Part shown: positions 1 to 10,611 of the stretch, one piece after another
How positions within the stretch are numbered: the first letter of the stretch is position 1
Layout of the letters: every line of letters starts with the position of its first letter
From: Craspedostauros australis
Lineage: Eukaryota
DNA: 32,019 nucleotides
NCBI GenBank assembly: GCA_030167865.1
Contig: JALAGF010004790.1
Span: forward strand, 1-32,019
Direction of reading: 5' to 3'
Notes under the pieces: model-generated
Databases searched by the model: none
What the model saw: the letters and a program-made list of their open reading frames with translations, nothing else
What the model was told of the DNA's origin: nothing
Made by a program: the position numbers and the translations under genes

Positions 1-1026
1 TGCACCCACCACCTGACAGACAGCAAGCCAAAACGACATTAAAAATAAAGTTCATACAAATTTAACTAAGATATTCAGAATAAACGATAGCCAAGCGTCC
101 GAATGAACTGTCTAGTTTTAATTTTAAATGGTGCGTTGTTGAGATATAACATCATAAGCAGTTGTTTGGATGGTTTTNGGTGTGCTCTANTTTAGTCTAC
201 TTTATCACGACTCATCACGAGTAAAACTCAAAAAACACTCCACAACTAGTGTTATCGTGAGTGCATCAACTGCGACCTGGAGGTCGTACGCGTCCGATGT
301 TGTTGTTATCGGGCGTGTCGTTTCGTGTCTGTCGTGTCCGTGCAGTACCGTCGCAACAAGCAAGGCGTATCGTACCGTGTTGTCAGACGTTCAACATCAG
401 CAAGCACAGACAGGCTAAATCGTAACGAACGAAAAAGACCCAGCACACACAGACACGGGAGCGCTTTGTCGCATTTATTCGTCGTGTGCAAATTTGGGCT
501 GTGACTGTTTCGCTCGGACATTCGCACCGTTTTTTCCATCTCGCTGTCGAATCGTGGAACATGTTCTCATTTGTGCCTTTTTTTCTGCGTTGGCCACACC
601 GAAACAGTGTTTCCACTGCGTCGCCTTTGGCGCGTTCGCCGAACATGTTGGTCGGGTTGTACGGACGCTGCAGTTTTGAACCGTTTGCGCCCCAAGGCGC
701 GATGTGCCACGGTTGTCATTGTGGTTGTTGCAGTTCCGAATAGGCAGTTTCAGAACGAACGGCTCAAGCAACAACATTCAGGTATTTGTTAGCCCCTTTC
801 TATACCAATCGACGTAATTTTGAGACTAATTCATGCCTTTTTGTTCATCTTGACAAAAAACAGCATTACTTAGACCCATTATTGTCGCTTGTTGTGCGGC
901 TTGTGACAGCGCTATCAACGTCATTGAAAGTGCCATTTTGGACCAAAATGTCACCTTTTGGGGTCTCTGTGACGCTATTTAGTGTGTGATGTAGTGCGAC
1001 ATGGTTGCGACCATTCCAACTAGGGC

Positions 1027-1980
1027 GTGTTTGACAACACGAACGGACTGTCCGATCCTGCTGGGTCTTTTCACGACATTCCAAGTGACTGGCGAACGCT
1101 GCTGCGGAATGTGACATTGCGATTCTCTCGGTTTCGACTCACCAAGTGGTATTCGACTGTGCTGGCAAATTGTCCGATACTGCATGGTCTGTTCGCAACA
1201 TTCCAAGTCACCAGCAAACACCGCGGTGGAATGCGACATTGCAATTTGCTCGTTCTCGACTCCACAGGTTGTATTCGACCGTACCGGCAAATTGTTCGAT
1301 ACTGCATGGTCTGTTCGCAACATTCCAAGTCACCGGCAAACACCGCGGTGGAATGCGAAGTTGCGCTTTGCTCGTTCTCGACTCCACAGGTTGTATTCGA
1401 CCGTACCGGCAAATTGTTCGATACTGCATGGTCTGTTCGCAACATTCCAAGTCACTGGCAAACACTGCTGTGGAATGTGACATTGCGCTTTGCTCGTTCT
1501 CAACTCCACAGGTTGTATTCGACTGTACCGGCAAATTGTTCGACACTGCATGGTCTGTTCGCAACATTCCAAGTCACCGGCAAACACCGCTGTGGAATGC
1601 GAAGTTGCGCTTTGCTCGTTCTCGACTCCACAGGTTGTATTCGACCACACCAGCCAATTGTCCGGTACTACCTGGTCTATTTGCGACGTTCCGTGACATT
1701 CGCACCCAATACTCCAGGATGCAACATTGCAAATTGCTCGTTCTTGACTCACCAGGTTGTATTCGACCACTCCAATAGATTTTCCGATACTACATGGTCT
1801 GTTTGCGACATTCCGTGCCATTCACACCCAATGCTGCAGGATGTGACATTGCGATTTGCTCGTTCTTGACTCACCAGGTTGTATTCGACCACTCCAATAG
1901 ATTTTCCAAAACTACATGGTCTGTTGGCAACATTCCAAGTCATTCACCACCAATGGTGTGGAGTGTAAAGTTGCGATGCA
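1027..1980. repeat. Tandem array of ~8 copies of a 122-bp unit
   Basis: Anchor GTATTCGAC recurs at 1149, 1271, 1393, 1515, 1637, 1759 and 1881 (exact 122-bp period), with a diverged GTGTTTGAC at 1027. Central copies are nearly identical; outer copies diverge. Similarity fades at ~1980. Confidence 0.95.
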
Positions 1981-2239
1981 TTGGGGCCAGCTTCTATTGG
2001 TCCACATAGCCACATGGGAAGGTATTGGCATTGTGGCAGAACTCAAGACTGTGCTGGTTTGTTTTTGCATGAGGTAAGAATGGGAGAAACCAAACACCCC
2101 GCACCAGCGTACCTGTATGGACCATGATGCCTACAGAGAGAGAAGTGTTCGAAAATGACAGCAACATCCGCATCATCAACCCAAATGTCCACATGTTCCG
2201 CCCAAAACAAATCAAGGTTGCCATACAATAAAAAATGCA

Positions 2240-2350
2240 ACACTCACACGCACATCCACACATCAACCCATCAACACATTGGTGCATCAACACTTGTGCA
2301 CATTGGCACATCCACACATCCACGCATCCACGCATCAACACATCAACACA
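2240..2350. repeat. Degenerate 8-bp minisatellite (CACATCAA/CGCATCCA/CACATTGG variants)
   Basis: Run of 8-mers such as cacatcca, cacatcaa, cacattgg, tgcatcaa and cgcatcca x2, read directly in the sequence. Confidence 0.7.
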
Positions 2351-2393
2351 TAGAACCAACAATTCAACAGCACAACATTGCAGACACTCCACA

Positions 2394-5157
2394 ATGGTGG
2401 GCTCCAATGACCATTGTTACAAGAATGGGCCTGATGCCACTGAACTCATGAAGGCATTTTTGGCTGATCCCACAAAATGGCACTGAGAATCAGTGCCTTT
2501 GCGTCTGCAGTATCCATTCTTACTCAAGTACGATGCAAAGAAGTTCGTTCGGACCCTACGCAAGTTCAAACGGACATTGGTGAAGAAGGGTTTGTTTCAC
2601 CGTAAGTACTGCATGCCCAGCCACACAGTCAAAGCTCCATCATGAACTCGTCTACTTGTATTCAGGTGCCTTCTCATCTATTTTTCTCTTTGCTATGACA
2701 CCAACATATGGCCTTCATCTCTTCATCATCCAATGCAGAGGACGACAAGCGGAACGAGATCTCAACCCATAGGCTTGGTGCCACCATCTGTCCTTAGGAT
2801 GAACCGGCAGTTGATGATGCTGAGTTGGCAACCTCCAATCATCATACCAACACTGCAACCAGTTATAGCACCACCGACAGCCACACCAACAGCACCAGGA
2901 GCGGAACCAATAGGAACAACACCAACAGGAACAGCACCAACAGACGAATGACACGTGGCAGCATGTATGAAGCATCAAATGAAGGTGACACTGCCCCCTA
3001 TTGGAACCGATGACACAGATGAGAGCAGCAGCAGCGCATGGGATAGGTATGACAAAGCATCGGACAACATTGATGACACTGATTCCGACAATGACATTGC
3101 GTACCTTGGCACTACCAACAAACCAGGCTCAAGCAGATTTACAACCACCCCTCATGGCCCTATCCCTGCAAGATTGGCCACATTTTTTAGGTATTGGAGT
3201 CCGAATGAGTTGCAAGGTTTCACTAGCAGAGTCGAACCATTGAGGTCTTCCACAAACCCAGGTGTGGAGACCTCATGGTGAAAGGTATTGCATGGTTGCG
3301 GTGGATTTTCATATGCCTTCATGCACAGCCAGGAATGATGCTATGGTCACCATCGAAAGTCGGAAAGTGGATGGAGTACATTGGATGTTCCTGATGTTGC
3401 TCTGCAAACCACCAGTCGCTTTCGGTCATGACAGAAGCATTTTCGACATGCCCATTGACAAGTTGGGACATCCATTCTCAGATTCAGGTCAGAAACGTTC
3501 TGCCCATATGCAACAGTTTCGGAATGAAGACTTCACAGAGTCGTTTCGATCCGACATGCTGGTACCGATGCCATTTCCAATTGACACCATCTTCTGTGAC
3601 ACACCATGCTGAAGATTGGGAGGAGTGGTCTGGCTTCATCATGTTGTGAGGGATAATGATGGTGCCACCCACAACATCCTTACAATATTGGTACGTTTGA
3701 AGGAAGCAACCAATGTTGGTGTGACCCAGCACTTCTCTGTATGCCATGGTCTGGGCTTTACAGATGGTGACAGAAGCCATCAGGATCGCAATACAGAAGC
3801 AACAAACACATCTAACTGAAGCACAGACATTGCCACCCACAACATCAACAACACCATGACGAGCACAAGGAACACGACTGTCGGCACCACAGTTGCCATG
3901 GCTGGCAACAACATGACGCCCTCAACACCCCAACCCACAATCGACCTAGGAGGTCGCTGCTCCACGCCGGCAGGGGGCAGTCTGCACAACAGCAACGGAA
4001 AACTACCATTGGCAATGCAGCCAAGGCTGCATGGCCAACAAGCCATGCCCACAGTTTCTGTAATCAGTCATCAGACAGCAACCCTGACTGCCACTGAAGA
4101 TTTCATGTCAGTCTTGATGGACAGTACCAAACTAACGAGAGATTGCATTGAAATACAGAGGGCAATGTTTGAGATGATGGAGTCTCAGCTGGCTCTCAAG
4201 GTGGAGGCACAGCGCGCAAAGCAGGCACGGGAGGACACCTTGCAACAGAGATCCAGATTGTTTGGAGATGTCAATGAAGAAAGCCAAGCAATGAGGAAGC
4301 CCCACCTCGCAAAAGAAGTGCCCCTGGCAGGTGTCCCCAAAGTCAATGTTGACGTCTCCCCAAATGGCAACGAATGGTGGGAGCACAAGGAGATCTCCCT
4401 CGATGCAGTGTTGGTTGGTGTTTCTGGCCAGTCGGCATGCAGATCAGCTTGTCAAGGTCCAGTGGCAACAGTTGTGGCAGGTGTGGGAGCTGGTTCAGAC
4501 CAGTACATGCACCAACGCCCTAACATGGATGAAAGAAGCTGGAGAAGTTGCATTCTCCCATCATCTCAATGGATCCTACCAGCCCAGGCAGTTGATGCCC
4601 ATCACAGAACACAAACAGAGACGCAGACAATGCCACCACCACAATTGTCAGCAGGAGCATTGGTGGAAGGCTCAGACATTGGAAGAGTAAGGGCACAGAT
4701 AGAGGGGATAGCAGCAGCGGGGTCACCTGTACGGATCCTACCAGCCCAGGTAGTCGACACCCATCACAGAACACAAACAGAGACACGAACAGAGACGTAG
4801 GCAATGCCATCACCACAATCACCAGCATCAACAACAGGAGCCAACATATCTAGAATCGGGATGCCATCGCCAACTGCAACACTGGCATCAACTGCAGCAG
4901 TCCCTGAAGATGATGCAAGAACAGGAGAGACAGCAGAAGGAAGTACGGAACAAGCACTGCAGCCTGCAGCAGTGCCACCAACAACAGCAGAAGAAGGTAT
5001 GGAAGAACAACAACCACAACACCAGCATGATGACAAAGAGAAAGAACCAGGAGAGGCTGCTACTACTGGGATGAGGACCTGGGGGAGGGCTGCACGACAG
5101 AGCCGCGGTGATGCAAGTAAACCACATCAGCAAGGCAAACGAGCATACCATAAATAG
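2394..5157 (+). pseudogene. Decayed gene of unknown family, probably a transposon-borne ORF eroded by C-to-T mutation
   Basis: ATG at 2394 gives protein-like MVGSNDHCYKNGPDATELMKAFLADPTKWH*ESVPLRLQYPFLLKYDAKKFVRTLRKFKRTLVKKGLFH, ending at a GTAAGT donor at 2602. ORF pieces 2733-2951 and 2955-3281 share one frame; 3262-3612, 3616-3819, 3856-4800 and 4804-5157 share another. Breaks are single TGA/TAG codons explainable as CGA/CAG. The region is CpG-poor and TG/CA-rich. Confidence 0.65.
4569..4830 (+). repeat. Internal direct duplication (~90 bp, 162-bp offset) within the pseudogene
   Basis: GGATCCTACCAGCCCAGG...CCCATCACAGAACACAAACAGAGAC occurs at 4571 and 4733. The second copy has an extra 12-nt internal duplication. 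Confidence 0.9.
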
Positions 5158-7355
5158 TGGAGTCAGAATGTGCAACTTTTGATTGTTGTAACTAGATGAA
5201 TCCTGCTGCTGGAATGCAACAAGCCAACTGGCAAGAGAGTTGGAACAACATCCACAACCCCCCTTCGAAGAGAGGGGAACATGCTGACTCTGTGGCTGTC
5301 GAATGTGTGGAATTGCATGGAGAGGCGAAGGATCTGTGGACCAGAATGAAAAAAGCCAAAAAAACAACAAGATGCAGTCCGTGCACAACATGAGAATAAC
5401 CAGAAAAGCCACAAGTTGTTTTGGAAAATACGCAAGAATTTTTCGCCATTTGGTGGCCCGCATCCCTTTTCGACTTTCGTTTTCCTTCGTCGCAATTTGA
5501 AAAAAACGCCGTTTTCCCTTCCCCTCCAAAGAGAACGTGGGCCGATCGTGGCGGGAGAACACGGTGGGAAGCGAGGATCTTGGACTAGCACGACTGACGC
5601 ATTTGGCGAATGATTGTTGTGACGAAAACAAACGCGGCGAACGCGACTGATCGTGAGAAACGACACGTATTTTATTCGAACGGTTCGTACAGTGTTTTTG
5701 TTGGTCCGACTTGTCGATTCTCGCTTCGTCGCGTTCGTTCGCGCCAAAATGTGCCAGATCACGCCGAAATCGTCCATCGTTGGCCTCTTCCATGAGAAGG
5801 ACGCATCCGCACCTAAACAGGAGATCCTTGCGCACTGACTCGCAACAACCATAGCTGCGAAAATGACACACCAACAGCGATGGTGCGACGGAGGGGACAC
5901 CAAGATGAATGATGATCACAACCACAATTGCAATCACAAGCGCAATCGTCGCGAGCAATTACGTGCATCCCATGAGAATTCTGCTTGGTGAAATGGCAGC
6001 TGGAGTACCTCACCTGAATGGTGCTGGAGATGCGTTGAATGAACGGAGGCAATGGTTTGGACGATCGTTCCCAACAAATGTGACCAGCGAGTCACCTACC
6101 CTCCTGATAATGGATGGGGAGGGGGAGATGACCCCAACTTCTACATGCCGGTACTCTGGTCACTCCATCACTTGTAGCTCGCACGGTGCCGATACATCGG
6201 TCGTGGTCGAAGAACAGTGGACACGTCCAACGGCCCATGGCAACGACGAAGGAGAAACGAGAGACTCCACACCATCCACACCAGCGCATCTGCGAGGCAA
6301 TCCACCCCAACAGTCATCAGACGTTTCATCGCCGTCGCTGCTGCTGCTGACCTCATCTCACTCTTGTGGCTAACGATGCCACCACCGTGCCTCAGTTTTT
6401 CCAACAAGATACATTCCGTGGGATTTCCTGTGAGAAACCTGCTCCTTGCTACGTGTACCGGCACCAGGCATGAATGAGTTCGTACCATTCCGAACTGGTG
6501 CGTACGAGTTCGCGCCTCTCAGTGCATATCATAGCGGCGAACCATGACATGAGATGCGTGCCGCTGATTTGCGAGTCCGAGCATACCATCAACCTGTGTT
6601 GTGAATACCCATCCCTCTTCCCATCCGTCTGTCCGTAAATAGCTCACTCCACATCAGACGCCACTTCTTCGCCTCCGCAGCATCATGAAGAGCACGCCAA
6701 TGGTCGCAACGAGCATGCGTCAATGACAATACGCCCTGTCCAGCCGCTTCCCCCCCCCCCGATCGTCCCAATTGGAGGAGGCTGCGGAACGTGCACCCAA
6801 GCACAAAGCACAATCGGTGTGATGATGATGCCAGCTTTTCCTCTGATTTCACTGGAATGGATTGCAACGTATTATAATACATTATATTACATGGAATACA
6901 ATGACCACATTCTAAAATGGTATTCTCTTGTTTTGGTATCGAAGTCATGGAACGTGCCCGAGGGTAGTCGTACCCATTGTTCCCGCAAAGGCGTCGCCAA
7001 TTGTTTTCGCGTGTGTGCGTGTTTGTTCGCGTGTGAACCCCAAACTTGCCTCCGAGAACTTCGAGCCAAGAACACCACGACAGGCAGCACCACGAGGAAA
7101 TTTGTCGAGGGTGTGGAATGCACACAAGTCCCCGTGTTGGTACCAAAGGTCTCATCAATCACGGAGTCAACTGACGTTGCTCCCCTTCGTCTTCTTCTTT
7201 GTCTGTGCCTCGCCTTTGACATTGCATTCCTGAAGCTCGCACATCGCCTCGTGTTGACTTGACTTTCATTCTTTTCCGCATATTCCATTGTGTTATATTT
7301 CCAAAAGTCAAGCCAAAGCAGGGCAACACGGTGGGAAGTCCGTGCTGTCCACACC

Positions 7356-10208
7356 ATGAGCAACATCGAATGCGAAGACCCCCTCTCCGAGGATGACGAC
7401 TTCGGTTTGCAGCGACGGCGCAAGACGCTGTGGAGGACGACGAGTCAGAGACAGCAACTGAGGAAGCGACGCTTGGCTCCGGACCGCTTGCGTTGGCCGC
7501 CACAGGACGGTTCGGCGAGTACTCACACAAGAGCTTCCGCAGTGTCGCAGACTCAAACACAGACGCAGTCCGACATGCCATCGATGGGGGACGCCCAAGC
7601 CACTGTCGACACCGCGACTCAGACGCCTACCGACTCGCCCAACAGCTGCACGTTTGGATCGCCCTCCTTGGACATTGATCCTGCAGCCTTGGAGGCCATG
7701 ATGGTGCAGGTGGAAGCATCCATTCAGACCTCCAGCCAGACGCAGGATCAATCACCATCACGGACTGCTGCACAAAGGGTGAGCCCGAGGAAAGCATCAC
7801 CCGGGAAGAAGAGAGCTTCGTCTCCACCTTCGAGTCAACACGCTGATTCAAAGAGGCGCAAGACAGTGGCATCTGCACAGAGCAACGCCGGGGATCACAA
7901 CACAAGGAGGCAGCTTGATTTGCCCGTGCGAAACCACATCTCTCAGACGAAGGCGACATCGAAATCGAACACAGCCACAACCAGAGCCGCATCAACACGA
8001 ACTTCATCCCCTGTTTCCGCCACCACGACGAATCGACGGACAGCAACCACAAGGGAGCACCGGAATGTCTCGTCTCAAAGCGCAAAGCAGCGGCGACCGC
8101 AGTCGCAGCCAAGGTCGCCACCAAAGGTGAGGAAGGAGAGCCGAGGCAAGCTGTCGCAAACACGCATCGATCAAAGACAGAAGAAAGAGCTGCAAAGACA
8201 AAAGCAAACGCAAGTGTGGCTAGATTGGCACAGGCCGACCACCAGCGCCGAACTTTGTGTGGCTCCCAAGAAGATAAAGGAGATACGCTCGTTCCTCGAT
8301 GAATTTCGGAATGATCCAACCCACACTCATGCGAGGAGGTTGCTCATCCTGGTTGGAAGTCCTGGCATTGGCAAGTCCACTACCATCGACGTGCTTGCCA
8401 ACGAATTGAACTTGGATGTGTGCAAGTGGACGGAGGACTTCACAGCTCAAACATGGTCGCGTGGTGACAACATCCTCACCATCGAAACCAAGACACCTTT
8501 GCAATCGTTTGAAGACTTTTTGCAAACTGCGGGGGCAGGGTATTCGTCTCTTGCATTGCAACTCACGACAAGGGGCACCAGCCGTACTACAGTTCCCACC
8601 ACGGCCGCAGCGGTGGGTGGTGGCAAGAAAAGGCAGAGGATACACTCAAACAACAGAAGGAAAACGCAGCAGCAGCAAAGACAACAGCGCCACCAACAAA
8701 AACTAATCCTGTTGGAGGATTGGCCCAACCTTCACAGCCCAGACTCGCAGCAACGATTCCGTGACATCATGGACAGGCACGTGCGCACGTCGCAAGTCCC
8801 AACGGTCATGATCTTCAGCGACGTGTCGGAAGGCAAGCACCGTCCGGAGGATCTGGAACGTCTCATCACCCCAACCACGCTCTACAACTCGCAAGTCACA
8901 TGCATCCTGCGTATCAATCCAGTCACGGCCACCAAGATGAAGAAGCTGTTGCAAAACATCGTTCGAATACGCGGCCATCAGCACACGTTATCCACTGCAT
9001 TCTTCGAATCGGTACATCTGCAGAGCCATGGCGATATGCGTCACGCTGTCTTGTCGCTGCAGCTGGAGTGCACGGGAGAAGATCATGGCAGAACATCCAA
9101 GGCATGCACTCGCACTAGTACGACGAAGGAACGCGACACCAAGTTATCCACCTTCCATGCGCTCGGCAAGGTCCTCTACGCCAAACGCAAATCGAAGAAC
9201 GAGCTGGATTTCGATCCCGATCGCACCTTGGAAAGCAGCGACATGGGTCTGAGCGGTTCGCTGTCGTTCCTGGAATACCATTGCGTCGACATGTACAAGG
9301 ACATCGGCGACCTCAGCGATGCGATGTCCCTGTACTCCGACACCGCCTACCTCCTGGATGGCGGGCACAACGTGGGCCGCAATTCCTCGATGGCCGATCG
9401 CATGTTCCCTGATGGGTATGTCGGTTCCATCGCCGGGCGTATCACAGCATCCACCAATCATCATCCTGCCCAATCCAGATTCCGCCAGTTTGGGTCCCCG
9501 AAGATCTTTGATGTCTACCAGAAACGCAAGCAGAACGTCGTGACGATCGATCAGCTCTTTCGGCGACTGTCGGTGCAGCATCATGGTGATGGCGGTAGTG
9601 GCAGCGATGTCCAGCATCACCAATCCAAGCAAACCCTCGTAACGGAAGTGTTGCCGTACGCACGCAAGATCATTCCGGGAGGTACGTGTACATTGCATTG
9701 TGCATTGTGCGTTTGGTGTTTGAGTACTCGTCTTGTTGTGGAAAGAAGTCATCGTGTCCCTGCAATACAATGCAATGCAACACAATGCACACGTTCTGCT
9801 ATGCTGACACTCTAGTATGTTCACACCTCCCAATCCTTGCTTCACCCACGAACAGACGTGAACCCGTCAGTTGAGCAGCTGTATTCCATGGTGCGATCCC
9901 GGCGTCTCGATAAGGCTGAAGCGGTGAATGCTGCCATGATGGAAGAGCGACGGCTGCAACGACAACAGGAAGAGATTTTGGACATGGACGACATCGTAGA
10001 AGACGAGGACAGCGACCCAAAGGACAACAACGTGCGAGCACAAGAGAAGCAGGTACAGAACGATCCAGCCATTATGCAGCACAGAAGTCTGTTCTCGCAA
10101 CCAACCAGGAAGCAGTTTCAGGGGAAATGCGACGAACTGAAACCGTTGCAGAAACAGAAAGGGAGCACACGGAGCGGCACGGATTGCGTTGTTGAGATCT
10201 TGGATTGA
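7356..10208 (+). CDS. RAD17: Cell-cycle checkpoint clamp-loader protein RAD17 (exons 7356-9681, 9856-10208; ~892 aa)
   Basis: Motifs WLDWHRPTTSAELCVAPKKIKEI, Walker A GSPGIGKST, GYSSL (KYxxL-like), Walker B-like LILLEDWP, GDMRHAVLSLQ and RDTKLSTFHALGKVLYAKR. A GTACGT...AACAG intron (9682-9855) joins in frame to an acidic tail exon. The start Met is the first ATG in the ORF. Confidence 0.9.
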
Positions 10209-10611
10209 TCATGTCTCATGCAATGGAGTCCAAGGAAGTACGAGTGTACAGACCACATGAAGAACAGCCAGCACAATCAAGGAAGAAAGGCGTGGCTTGG
10301 CTTGGCGTGTCGCGGCGAGGCTGGAGCAGTCAACATGATCATAGTTCAACAAAGACAGGTTACTGTGCAATCTCGTCGTAGACATCCGTTCCATCCAATG
10401 CTCATACTCTCTGTAAGAGATTACTCCACTCTGCTTGTTCATTGAAAGTATAAATAATCCCATGAGTTTACATCCTGCCTACTCTCCTCGTCTTGTCCCC
10501 AGACTCCACCCCAGCTTCGTTCGATGTGCTCCATGCTGTTGTGTTTGCGCATGCCATCCTGGCACAAATACGCGTCCGTCCACGTACAAGTGCAGACACG
10601 CAGCTAGAGAT

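Noticed and set aside
1027..1869. 280-aa and 210-aa ORFs as real proteins
   Set aside because: They arise from a stop-free 122-bp unit cycling through frames. They start at non-ATG codons and show no domain or codon-position conservation.
1027..1980. 122-bp array as 5S rDNA or a CRISPR array
   Set aside because: No recognisable 5S rRNA sequence on either strand despite the similar length. Units are contiguous with no unique spacers, there are no cas genes, and the context is eukaryotic.
200..5900. Terminal inverted repeats or Helitron termini for the left-hand element
   Set aside because: Only scattered, non-collinear 9-11-nt matches. CTAG sites with nearby small hairpins are not convincing, and Ns at 178 and 190 indicate uncertain assembly.
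4888..5958. 356-aa minus-strand ORF
   Set aside because: No recognisable motif; it is partly the antisense of the pseudogene frame and crosses a compositional boundary.
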